DNA from: Anaerostipes sp.
Lineage (GTDB): Bacteria; Bacillota; Clostridia; Lachnospirales; Lachnospiraceae
Assembly: GCF_018381315.1 (NCBI RefSeq)
Contig: NZ_JAGZSD010000003.1
Location: forward strand, 135,313-199,312
Length of the DNA stretch: 64,000 nt
Reading direction: 5' to 3'
Part shown: in pieces, positions 55,460-64,000 of the stretch
Layout: each line of letters begins with the position of its first letter
How positions within the stretch are numbered: the first letter of the stretch is position 1
Program-made: the position numbers and the translations under genes
Notes under the pieces: generated by a model
Database searches by the model: none
What the model saw: only the letters and a program-made list of their open reading frames with translations
What the model was told of the DNA's origin: nothing

Positions 55460-56305
55460 ATGAGAAGTGTTGATCCCGGAATTCTGCCTCAGTCTGTGTG
55501 TTTTTCTTTTACCCCTTCGGAGACAGCAAAACAGCTTTACTTTTATCCTACATGGTGCGGACATTATTTCTGCAATAAAAATTACTATATGAAGCGCCAG
55601 TCTTTCCCTCCCCTTCTGATCGTGTTTGTGAGGGAAGGCGTCTTTCATTTTGAATACAGGAATATGATATTTGATGCCCAGAAAGGCGATGTGGTTTTGC
55701 TTGACTGCAGTGAGCCTCACTATTATTATGCGGATGATGGGCTGGAGTTTTTATATATGCATTTCGACGGTTCCAATGCCCATGAGATCTGCCAAAACAT
55801 TTTAGACCAGACCGGTCCTCTGATTCAGCAGGAAAACAACGTGCTGATCGGACAGCAGTTATATAGTATGGTGGACTTTCACATGCATGACGGGATCGAG
55901 ACAATGTTTCAAAGCTCCATGAGAGTGTATAAGATATTTGAATGCCTGCTGGCCCCCGACAGACAGCAGCTTAAAGAAGATAATCCGATTGATAATGTAA
56001 TCCGCTATATCCGCTCAAATATAGGAAAAGATATTACTTTGGAAGAAATGTCTGAAGTGGCAAATTTGAGCACCTTCTATCTTGCACACTGCTTCAAGCA
56101 GCAGACTGGCTTCTCACCAAAGGAATATGTAATCAATACAAGACTGGACCAGACTAAAATCCTTCTTGCGCGCACAACCAAATCCATTTCCGAAATCGCC
56201 TATGAGGTCGGCTACTCGTCAGGCAGCAGCCTTACCAATATGTTTGTAAAACGAATGGACATGTCTCCCCGTCAGTACCGGATGATCTATCAGAGTACAT
56301 CGTAA
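55460..56305 (+). CDS. AraC-family transcriptional regulator (cupin-like sensor + AraC HTH), divergent from the sugar operon
   Basis: C-terminal ...LEEMSEVANLSTFYLAHCFKQQTGFSPKEYVINTRLDQTKILLARTTKSISEIAYEVGYSSGSSLTNMFVKRMDMSPRQYR. RBS AAAGGAGAG before ATG 55460. Confidence 0.8.
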   Translation: MRSVDPGILPQSVCFSFTPSETAKQLYFYPTWCGHYFCNKNYYMKRQSFPPLLIVFVREGVFHFEYRNMIFDAQKGDVVLLDCSEPHYYYADDGLEFLYMHFDGSNAHEICQNILDQTGPLIQQENNVLIGQQLYSMVDFHMHDGIETMFQSSMRVYKIFECLLAPDRQQLKEDNPIDNVIRYIRSNIGKDITLEEMSEVANLSTFYLAHCFKQQTGFSPKEYVINTRLDQTKILLARTTKSISEIAYEVGYSSGSSLTNMFVKRMDMSPRQYRMIYQSTS

Positions 56306-56502
56306 GCTGCATATGATGTACTCCACTTTCCGGTTGCCGGTTTTACATGAATTGGTTATAATCAATAGTAGAAAAGAAACGTTGTATGAAGTAAAAAGAT
56401 TTACCGGAAAACGCCGTTTAATCCATAGATAAACATCGGTCTGAAAGGCCGCCGTGCTTTGCTGCAGCCAATAATAAATAAAAGAAATGAGAGGGTGTTA
56501 TT

Positions 56503-59382
56503 TTGGGAAAATTTACGCTACAGGAAATAGAGACATTTGCCGATAAAATATTGCGGACTTACTTCTGTGACTCTGACCAGGAGTTTATGATTTCATCATT
56601 TGCTGATGATATTATATGGCTGGGCGGCGGTGAATATCAGAAAGCGGAAGGAAAGGAAGCTGTCACAGCCTGTTTTCAGATGGGAAAGGATGAGATGATT
56701 GCCTGTGACATGACAGATGAAGTCTACCATTCTATGGAACTTGGGGGAGGAAGTTATCTGTGTGAAGGCGTCAGCCGCCTCCGCAGTAAACCGGAGTCTG
56801 AAACCTATATGGATGTTCAGCAGCGTGTTACCTTTATTTTTCGGGAAAAAGGAGACACACTGGAAACTGTACATATCCATAATTCAATTCCCTACTCAGC
56901 CATCAAGGAAACGGAACTGTTTCCCGTAGAAGCCGGCAGAGAAGAATTTATACGTCTTCAGCTGGCCCTGGATGAAAAGACCCAGGAATATGCACAGCAG
57001 GCTCAGTTTCTTGAACATCTGTACAACAGTGTACCCTGCGGCATTGTACAGCTGACCGTGGAGCCTCCTCATTCAGTTGTCACCGCCAATCCCATGGCCT
57101 GGAAGCTTTATGGATCCTCCCCTGAAAGTCCTGACACCATACAGAATCCTCTGTTTACGGTCAACAATGAAGATTATGACTGGGTAATATCTCTGTTGGA
57201 AAACCTTGATCCCGATGGAGAGACCGTCACCTACCGCCGTAAGTGCATACAGGAGAACGGATCAGAATCATGGATTAATGTAGTCATGGGAAGGATTATT
57301 AATGACAACGGACAGGATGTTATTCAGGCAGTTCTCACAGATATTACTGAACAGACACTGCTGGAAATGGCACAGGCACAGGAACAGGCTTTGGAAAACC
57401 GTTTTCTGCGCACTGCAATCTATACAGCCTATCCCCTGATCATGAGTATCAATCTGACTCAGGATACTTATAAATGCCTGGCCTACGGACAGGAACATTT
57501 TATATTTCCGCTGGAAGGCAGCTACAGTGACATGCTGAACATTACAAAAGAAAATACCTACCCTTCCTATCAAAAAGATTACTATGAGACTTTAAACCGC
57601 GATGAAATTCTGCGCCATTTTGAGAATGGAGAACATGAAGTCTATATGGAACTGCAGGAAAAGGACGTGCGCGGGGACTACCACTGGATTTCCAACCATA
57701 TCATATATGTAGAAAATCCATATAACAGTGACGTATTGGCTATTAACCTGGTCAAGGTCCTGGATGCGCAAAGGCAGGAACAGGCACGGCAGGAACAGCT
57801 TTTGAGAGATGCCCTTGCTTCTGCAAAAGCTGCCAACTCTGCCAAGTCTGACTTTTTATCCCGTATGAGCCATGATATCAGGACTCCTATGAATGCTATT
57901 GTCGGCATGAGCACCATAGGCAAGCTGAAAGCAGACGACATCAGAATAGTTCAGGACTGCTTTCAGAAGATTGATGCTTCCTCCCAGTATCTGCTCTCTC
58001 TGATCAATGACATTCTGGATATGTCAAAAATAGAGACCGACAAGATGGAGATTGCCCGGGAACTCTTTGATTTCAGCTCTTTTCTAAAGGATATCAATCA
58101 AATCATATACTCACAGACGGTGGAAAAAGGTGTATCCTATGAGATGCGCCATAAAGAACCTCTGGAAAGTTACTATATCGGAGATCCGCTGCGCATGAAA
58201 CAGATTCTCATGAATCTTCTGTCCAATGCCTTAAAGTTCACTCCAAAAGGAGGCAGCATCGGCATTGACATACAGGAAGAACGGCGGACAAATGGTTTTG
58301 CCTATCTGAAATTTAAGGTCTGGGATACAGGCATCGGAATGTCCGAAGAATTCATGTCCCGGATGTTCCAGCCTTTTGAACAGGAATCCCCCGGGAATGC
58401 GCGCAACAATATAGGAAGCGGGCTCGGGCTGTCTATTGTATATAATCTGGTGAATCTGATGGGCGGAGATATTCAGGTAAAGAGCAAAAAACAATCCGGC
58501 AGTACCTTCACTGCAGTTGTTCCATTCCAGCTGGTCACAGATAACGAAGAAAAAGAATGGGAAAGAAAACGCCGGAATCTCCTGAAAGATTTTCATGTAC
58601 TGGTGGTGGATGATGATCCTGCCGTGGGAAAACAGACTGCGGATATCTTAGATGATATCGGAGCCAAAACTGTGTGGACAGACTCAGGGATCAAGGCTGT
58701 ACAGGAGGTTGAAACATGTATCCGGGAAGAGAGAATGTTTGACATTGCCATGATTGACTGGAAAATGCCCGGAATCGACGGCATAGAAACAGCCCGCCGG
58801 ATCCGTCAGATTGTAGGCCCTGATACGATGATTATCATGATCACCGCCTACAACTGGAGTGAGATCGAAGACGAAGCACGTGAAGCAGGCATCAATTATT
58901 TTATTGCTAAACCTCTGCTGCGTTCAGCTATTTATGAAACCTTCTCCAAACTGGATGAAAACGAAAGCCTGCCGCCTTCTCCTTCTGAAATTTCGCTGGC
59001 GGGGAAACGAATCCTTCTTGCAGAGGACAATGAATTAAACCGGGAGATTGCTGTAACTCTTCTGGAAATGCATGGAGCCGCAGTCGATACCGCACAAAAC
59101 GGAGAGGAAGCAGCAGCCTGCTACCGCACTCATGATGCAGGTACTTATCAGGCCATTCTTATGGATATCCGGATGCCGGTCATGGACGGACTGGACGCCA
59201 CAAGAAACATACGGGCTTCCGGCAGGGCAGATGCCCTTTCTGTCCCGATTCTCGCTATGACAGCGAATGCATTTGAGGAAGACAAAAAAGAAGCCTTTCA
59301 GGCCGGCATGACCAGCTACCTTATCAAACCTCTGGATATCAAAGTTCTTTTGAAGGAACTTCAGAAAGTTATCAATACATAA
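56503..59382 (+). CDS. Hybrid sensor histidine kinase / response regulator (NTF2-like N-domain, PAS, HisKA-HATPase, two receiver domains)
   Basis: H-box LSRMSHDIRTPMNAIVGM, G-boxes (GSGLGLSIV) and receivers (VLVVDDDP...DWKMPGIDG; ILLAEDNELNREI...DIRMPVMDG). TTG start with RBS GAGAGGGTG. Confidence 0.85.
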   Translation: MGKFTLQEIETFADKILRTYFCDSDQEFMISSFADDIIWLGGGEYQKAEGKEAVTACFQMGKDEMIACDMTDEVYHSMELGGGSYLCEGVSRLRSKPESETYMDVQQRVTFIFREKGDTLETVHIHNSIPYSAIKETELFPVEAGREEFIRLQLALDEKTQEYAQQAQFLEHLYNSVPCGIVQLTVEPPHSVVTANPMAWKLYGSSPESPDTIQNPLFTVNNEDYDWVISLLENLDPDGETVTYRRKCIQENGSESWINVVMGRIINDNGQDVIQAVLTDITEQTLLEMAQAQEQALENRFLRTAIYTAYPLIMSINLTQDTYKCLAYGQEHFIFPLEGSYSDMLNITKENTYPSYQKDYYETLNRDEILRHFENGEHEVYMELQEKDVRGDYHWISNHIIYVENPYNSDVLAINLVKVLDAQRQEQARQEQLLRDALASAKAANSAKSDFLSRMSHDIRTPMNAIVGMSTIGKLKADDIRIVQDCFQKIDASSQYLLSLINDILDMSKIETDKMEIARELFDFSSFLKDINQIIYSQTVEKGVSYEMRHKEPLESYYIGDPLRMKQILMNLLSNALKFTPKGGSIGIDIQEERRTNGFAYLKFKVWDTGIGMSEEFMSRMFQPFEQESPGNARNNIGSGLGLSIVYNLVNLMGGDIQVKSKKQSGSTFTAVVPFQLVTDNEEKEWERKRRNLLKDFHVLVVDDDPAVGKQTADILDDIGAKTVWTDSGIKAVQEVETCIREERMFDIAMIDWKMPGIDGIETARRIRQIVGPDTMIIMITAYNWSEIEDEAREAGINYFIAKPLLRSAIYETFSKLDENESLPPSPSEISLAGKRILLAEDNELNREIAVTLLEMHGAAVDTAQNGEEAAACYRTHDAGTYQAILMDIRMPVMDGLDATRNIRASGRADALSVPILAMTANAFEEDKKEAFQAGMTSYLIKPLDIKVLLKELQKVINT

Positions 59383-59388
59383 AATTAT

Positions 59389-59452
59389 AAAAAGCTCTCC
59401 AGCGCCGTGATACCATTCCGTATACCGGCAGCCAGAGAGCTTTTTTATTTTA
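59389..59452. terminator. Bidirectional terminator between the hybrid kinase and hydA
   Basis: AAAGCTCTC...GAGAGCTTT stem with a long structured loop, followed by TTTTTTATTTT. An A-tract on the other side serves the minus-strand hydA. Confidence 0.65.
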
Positions 59453-59468
59453 GAAAGGCCCTAAAACC

Positions 59469-61154
59469 TTATTTCTCATTGTGGAGCAGCTTATGTTCCT
59501 TTCCTTTCAAAAGGCCGTCATAGACTGTTGCAACGATAGGATTCTGGCTGGAAAGCTTAATCTGAGCCATTTTATCAATCTTATAGAGACCTTCCACCCT
59601 TGCTTTCTTTGTTCTCGGTCCGATCGGCACCGGCTGGCCTCCTCCTGTAATACAGCCCCTTTTGCACGCCATGACTTCTACAAAATCATAGTGTACTTCT
59701 CCTGCTTCGATCTGATCCAGCACGTCAGAAGCACAGCGCAGGCCATTGACTACCGCAATGTTTACATCCCGGTCTCCAAGCTTTACCGAAGCTTCTTTGA
59801 TCCCGTCCACACCGCGCACACCGGTAAAGCTGATCGCTTCCAGGTCTTCTGCCCTGTCGCTGTTCATCAGCCGGCGAAGAACGGCCTCAGTCACACCTCC
59901 GGTCACACCGAAGATCGCCCCTGCCCCGGATGCAATGCCAAACGGCATATCCAAAGCTTCCGGTTCCATCTGGGCAAGATCAATTCCTGCTTCCTGAATC
60001 ATTCGGGCTGCCTCCGTAGTTGTAAGCACATAGTCTACATTTTGTTCTCCGTCATTAAAGTGCTCCGGCCTTGTGATCTCCGCCTTTTTTGCAGTACAGG
60101 GCATGATGGACACCACCATGATTTTTCTGGAATCACCGGCATCGTCCATACGTGCTTCCTCTTTTATCAGCGCCCCGAACATTTCCTGAGGAGAGCGGCA
60201 GGTAGAAATGTGATCCCTGAACTGAGGATACCTGTTTTCACAGAATTTCACCCATGCCGGACAGCAGGATGTAAACAGAGGGAGCTTATCCCCTGCTTCC
60301 AGCCTCTCCACCAGTTCCTTGGACTCTTCCATAACGGTTAAGTCCGCACCAAAGTTGGTGTCATATACTTCATCAAATCCAATCCTCCGGAGGGCAGCCA
60401 CAAGACGGCCAAGCACATTCTCCCCTTTTGGAATGCCGAACTTATCGCCCACAGCCACACGAACTGCCGGTGCTATCTGCACTACCACCCGGATTTCAGG
60501 ATCAGAGAGGGCATCCCATACCTGCTCTATATTCTGCTTAATGGTAATAGCACCTGTAGGACAGACCGCCCGGCACTGTCCGCAGCCCACACAGTCCGTC
60601 TGTGCCAGATCCTTATTGAAGGCCGTTGTCACCTGCATCTTAGATCCCCGGAATGCAAAATCCAAAATTCCCATCCCCTGGATTTCGTCACAGGTCCTGA
60701 CACAGTCACCGCACAAAATACATTTATTAGGATCTCTTATGATACATTCGGAAGACAGATCTTTCGGAAGCTGCTTTTTATTATTCGGAAAACGCACTTC
60801 CTTGATGCCCAGCTGCCTGGATAACTTCTGAAGAACACAGACACCATTCTTTGTACAGGTGGTACAGTCTCTGCAGTGAGAAGCAAGCAGCAGTTCAATA
60901 ATCATTTTTCTGTGATGTTTCAGCCTCGGAGTGTTGGTATAAATCACCATCTTATCCCTCGGTGTCTCAGAACAGGATGCAAAAATTCTTCCCCTGTCAT
61001 CTTCAACAACACACATGCGGCATGCACCGTATGTGGAAAGTTCTGAATGATAGCAGAAGGTAGGAAGATCTATTCCGGACTTGCGGATTACAGACAGAAC
61101 ATTTTTTTCGTCGGTAAATTCCACCCTTCTGTTATTGATCGTCATATAACTCAT
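59469..61154 (-). CDS. hydA: [FeFe]-hydrogenase catalytic subunit (group A, HydA/HndD-type, with N-terminal 2Fe-2S and 4Fe-4S domains)
   Basis: H-cluster motifs FTSCCPAWVKF and MPCTAKKAE. N-terminal CxxC ferredoxin-like cysteines. Confidence 0.9.
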   Translation of the reverse strand: MSYMTINNRRVEFTDEKNVLSVIRKSGIDLPTFCYHSELSTYGACRMCVVEDDRGRIFASCSETPRDKMVIYTNTPRLKHHRKMIIELLLASHCRDCTTCTKNGVCVLQKLSRQLGIKEVRFPNNKKQLPKDLSSECIIRDPNKCILCGDCVRTCDEIQGMGILDFAFRGSKMQVTTAFNKDLAQTDCVGCGQCRAVCPTGAITIKQNIEQVWDALSDPEIRVVVQIAPAVRVAVGDKFGIPKGENVLGRLVAALRRIGFDEVYDTNFGADLTVMEESKELVERLEAGDKLPLFTSCCPAWVKFCENRYPQFRDHISTCRSPQEMFGALIKEEARMDDAGDSRKIMVVSIMPCTAKKAEITRPEHFNDGEQNVDYVLTTTEAARMIQEAGIDLAQMEPEALDMPFGIASGAGAIFGVTGGVTEAVLRRLMNSDRAEDLEAISFTGVRGVDGIKEASVKLGDRDVNIAVVNGLRCASDVLDQIEAGEVHYDFVEVMACKRGCITGGGQPVPIGPRTKKARVEGLYKIDKMAQIKLSSQNPIVATVYDGLLKGKEHKLLHNEK

Positions 61155-61166
61155 GTTCGTCTCCTC

Positions 61167-63053
61167 CTACCCTTCAATATGGATCGCACCAAATGCACAG
61201 GCACTCTCACAAGCCCCGCATTTAATACATTTGTCATTATCAATTACATATGGTTCCTTGATCTGCCCGCTGATAGCACCTGCCGGACAGTTCCTTGCGC
61301 ATTTAGAACATCCTTTACAGCGCTCCGGACTGATGACAAATCTCCGGAGAGCACTGCAGTTGTGTGATGCACACTTTTTGTCAACCACATGTTCCACATA
61401 CTCATCCCGGAACAGTTTTAAGGTACTCATAACCGGGAGGGCAGCACTTTTCCCCAACCCGCACAGTGCAGTTTCTGTGATCGTTGTGGCAAGCTCCTCC
61501 AGAAGCATCAGATCCTCCGGCTCACCCTTGCCTCCTACAATTCTCTCCAGGATCTCCAGCATCCGCTTTGTGCCTTCCCGGCATGGGACACATTTCCCGC
61601 AGCTCTCATTCTGGGTAAAGTTCATGAAAAACCTTGCCACTTCTACCATACAGGTGCTGTCATCCATGACAACTAATCCGCCGGAGCCGATCATTGCACC
61701 CATTTTTTTCAGGGAATCAAAATCCAGATTCACATCCAGATGAGGTGTAATCAGACAGCCTCCTGACGGCCCGCCGATCTGTACGGCCTTAAATTTGCCG
61801 TCTCCTTTGATTCCTCCTCCGATGTCGTAAATAACCTCCCGCAGAGTTGTACCCATAGGGACTTCGATCAGACCCGTATGCTTGACGCTTCCGGTAAGGG
61901 CAAACGCTTTTGTTCCCGGACTGTTTTCCGGACCAATTCCTTTAAACCACTGTGCCCCTTCTGCAATGATCATAGGAACATTGGCAAAGGTCTCCACATT
62001 ATTCAGCACCGTCGGTTTTCCAAACAGCCCCTGCTCCACTGTTCTCGGCGGTTTTACGCGGGGCATTCCCCGGTTTCCTTCAATAGATGCGGTCAGTGCA
62101 CTTCCCTCTCCGCATACAAATGCCCCCGCTCCCTTATTGATATGTAAATGAAACGAAAACTCTGTCCCTAAAATATGGTCTCCCAGCAGGCCGCACTCTT
62201 CTGCCTGTCCAATAGCTCTTTTAAGCCGGCTGATGGCCAAAGGATATTCTGCCCGGACATAGATATATCCCTCTTCTGCACCTACAGCATAGGCGGCAAG
62301 CATAATCCCCTCTATCATCTTGTGGGGATCACCTTCCATAATACTCCGGTCCATAAAAGCACCCGGATCACCTTCATCTCCGTTGCAGACCACATAGCGC
62401 ACCTTTTCCGGCTGTCCTGCCACCTGGGACCACTTATATCCTGTAGGGAATCCTCCGCCTCCCCGTCCTCTCAGATTTGACTCGGTGATCTCCCGGATCA
62501 CATCCTCCGGCTTCATTTCAAACAAAGCTTTTTCCAAGGCTTCATACCCGCCAACGGACAGGTACTCTTCTATATGCTCTGCATCAATATGCCCGCAGTT
62601 TTTCAGTACATTTCTTGTCTGTTTTTTATAAAAAGGGATGTCTTCCTGTTTCTGATACTCAATCCCGTCTCCCTTAAACAGCAGATGACGGATCGGCTCA
62701 CCTTTTTCTATGGTCCTGTGAAAAATCTCATCACAGTCCTCCGGCTGGACTTTCGTATATAAGATGCCATGAGGTTCGATCCGCATCAGCGGTCCCATCT
62801 CACAAAATCCGTGGCAGCCGCTTTTCTTAATACCGATCTCCCCGTCTCCGTGTGCAATTTCAGGGCCGAATTGTACTTCTACGTCAGGATACTCAGCGGC
62901 CAGCTCACACATCCTGTCATAAATCTCCCCTGACCCGCCGGAAAGGCAGCCTGTACCCGCACAGATCAGAACTCTGCATTTACTTTTTTTCACCTGTTCT
63001 CTGGAAGCTTCGCGGACCCGGCCGAGAGCTTCTCTGTTTTCTATCTTTTTCAT
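61167..63053 (-). CDS. hydB: NuoF-like flavoprotein subunit of trimeric hydrogenase (NADH-binding, FMN, 4Fe-4S; HydB/HndC-type)
   Basis: GRGGGGFPTGYKW FMN/NADH motif, N-terminal thioredoxin-like 2Fe-2S, C-terminal two 4Fe-4S ferredoxin motifs (CIKCGACESAC). Confidence 0.9.
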   Translation of the reverse strand: MKKIENREALGRVREASREQVKKSKCRVLICAGTGCLSGGSGEIYDRMCELAAEYPDVEVQFGPEIAHGDGEIGIKKSGCHGFCEMGPLMRIEPHGILYTKVQPEDCDEIFHRTIEKGEPIRHLLFKGDGIEYQKQEDIPFYKKQTRNVLKNCGHIDAEHIEEYLSVGGYEALEKALFEMKPEDVIREITESNLRGRGGGGFPTGYKWSQVAGQPEKVRYVVCNGDEGDPGAFMDRSIMEGDPHKMIEGIMLAAYAVGAEEGYIYVRAEYPLAISRLKRAIGQAEECGLLGDHILGTEFSFHLHINKGAGAFVCGEGSALTASIEGNRGMPRVKPPRTVEQGLFGKPTVLNNVETFANVPMIIAEGAQWFKGIGPENSPGTKAFALTGSVKHTGLIEVPMGTTLREVIYDIGGGIKGDGKFKAVQIGGPSGGCLITPHLDVNLDFDSLKKMGAMIGSGGLVVMDDSTCMVEVARFFMNFTQNESCGKCVPCREGTKRMLEILERIVGGKGEPEDLMLLEELATTITETALCGLGKSAALPVMSTLKLFRDEYVEHVVDKKCASHNCSALRRFVISPERCKGCSKCARNCPAGAISGQIKEPYVIDNDKCIKCGACESACAFGAIHIEG

Positions 63054-63056
63054 GAT

Positions 63057-63530
63057 TTAAGCTCCTCTCAGTTCGCGGATCAGTTCAGCTGCTGCATCCG
63101 GTGTCATTGCCGGGTATACCTTATCGTTCACCGTAAGTACCGGTGCAAGGCCGCAGGCACCCAGACAGGATACCGTCTCCAGTGTAAACAGCATATCATC
63201 AGTGGTGGCCTTTTCCCCCGAAAGCCCCAGTTCACTGTACAGCCGTTCCAGAATAGCCGCCGACTTGCGTACATGGCAGGCTGTTCCATTACATACTTTA
63301 ATGATATATTTTCCTTTTGGTTCAAAAGAAAAATTTTCATAAAATGTCGCAACACTGTACGCCTTTGCTTCATCAATAGACAGCCTGTCAGCAACATAGC
63401 TCAAAAGCTCCGGCGGCAGATAGCGGTATTCAGCCTGAATATCCTGAATAACCGGAATCAAAGCCGCCTGGTTCAGCCCGTGAGATGCTATGATTTCATC
63501 TGTTCTGTCATAATAGGCCTGATCTAACAT
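63057..63530 (-). CDS. hydC: NuoE-like 2Fe-2S subunit of trimeric hydrogenase (HydC/HndA-type)
   Basis: CNGTACHV and CLGACGLAPV thioredoxin-like [2Fe-2S] motifs, 157 aa. Confidence 0.9.
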   Translation of the reverse strand: MLDQAYYDRTDEIIASHGLNQAALIPVIQDIQAEYRYLPPELLSYVADRLSIDEAKAYSVATFYENFSFEPKGKYIIKVCNGTACHVRKSAAILERLYSELGLSGEKATTDDMLFTLETVSCLGACGLAPVLTVNDKVYPAMTPDAAAELIRELRGA

Positions 63531-63555
63531 GTGATACCTCCTCCAATTTGTGCAT

Positions 63556-63612
63556 TTTGGTTAAAATTTTATCAATCAATGATAATTATATGTCAAAATT
63601 GTCTGATTATCA
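63556..63612 (-). promoter_or_regulatory. hydCBA promoter (-35 TTGATA, 17 nt, -10 TATAAT, minus strand) with a Rex-like site TTGATAA-AATT-TTAACCA between the -10 and the RBS
   Basis: -35 at 63607-63612 and -10 at 63584-63589 (plus coordinates). 7-4-7 site at 63557-63574 matches the clostridial Rex consensus TTGTTAA-N4-TTAACAA in 16 of 18 positions. Confidence 0.45.
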
Positions 63613-63752
63613 ATAAAAACGTTCGGATTCTAAGTCAAAACAGCACAAAAAAACCAGATGCTCTTTTTAAGAGAACCTGGTATTGGTGAATTTGTCAGGC
63701 TTTGTTATAATCAAACCATCTTGTTCCAATGTGCGCTGAAAAAAGAATCTGA

Positions 63753-64000
63753 TTACACAGCCTGATAGAAAAAGCCGTGCTTTGTACAGTGCCAAACAAG
63801 CATTCCATGTCCCACCGCAGGAATCCTTGTCTGGAAATCCCATTCAGGGTACAGTTTCTTTAATATGATACCGTCTCCCGTCACCAGCGCAGCAAATGAA
63901 ATATAATGATCTCTTGTCATCTCATGGCTCGATGATATGAAATAGTCGTTTTCAATCATTTCCACTGTAAGCTTTTCATCTTCTTCTGCTTTTACTGGCT
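63753..64000 (-). CDS. C-terminal part of a hypothetical protein (ORF continues beyond the window edge)
   Basis: The minus-strand ORF stays open to position 64000 (...PVKAEEDEKLTVEMIENDYFISSSHEMTRDHYISFAALVTGDGIILKKL...). No recognisable motif. Confidence 0.3.
   Translation of the reverse strand, partial: PVKAEEDEKLTVEMIENDYFISSSHEMTRDHYISFAALVTGDGIILKKLYPEWDFQTRIPAVGHGMLVWHCTKHGFFYQAV

Noticed and set aside
1-64000. Scan for CRISPR repeats, tRNA/rRNA genes, transposase/integrase/IS terminal repeats
   Set aside because: No regularly spaced direct repeats, no cloverleaf-compatible or rRNA-like stretches, and no DDE/tyrosine-recombinase-like ORFs were seen. Nothing to report.

Overview
This is a 64-kb chromosomal segment from a low-to-mid-GC (about 45-48% by eye) strictly anaerobic Firmicute, probably Clostridia and Lachnospiraceae-like. 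Gene density is high and most genes lie on the minus strand. No rRNA, tRNA, CRISPR array, transposase or integrase was recognised. Main blocks, left to right:

- **1-8 kb:** a two-component pair, a split GIY-YIG/P-loop NTPase gene, an HD hydrolase, a ceramidase-like hydrolase and a PAS-GAF-GGDEF-EAL protein.
- **8-14.4 kb:** a MATE/TetR/SDR/Crp unit with two copies of a TetR-type palindrome, a divergent MarR-TSUP operon, and a second MATE pump.
- **14.5-16.6 kb:** a roughly 2-kb AT-rich, ORF-poor island carrying only small or membrane proteins.
- **16.8-37 kb:** one long anaerobic haem/cobalamin operon of 21 overlapping genes, hemA-sirC-hemCBL-cbiDLFGH-cbiJ/ET-cbiA-cobTUS-cobU'-cobC-cbiB-cobD-cbiP-cbiC, transcribed from a hemA promoter with no B12 riboswitch.
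- **37-45 kb:** a second PAS-GAF-GGDEF-EAL paralogue, a Fic protein with a non-canonical motif, an ECF sigma factor with a Cys-rich tail, DUF2461, a vat streptogramin acetyltransferase and a cadC-HMA-cadA metal-resistance operon.
- **45-50 kb:** the sufCBDSU operon.
- **50-56 kb:** an AraC-controlled locus with a GPH glycoside transporter, two xylose-isomerase-like TIM barrels and a Gfo/Idh/MocA oxidoreductase, consistent with an oxidative (3-keto) glycoside or inositol pathway.
- **56-64 kb:** a hybrid histidine kinase and a HydABC-type trimeric [FeFe] hydrogenase operon.

Several promoters, terminators and operator-like palindromes can be read directly from the sequence.
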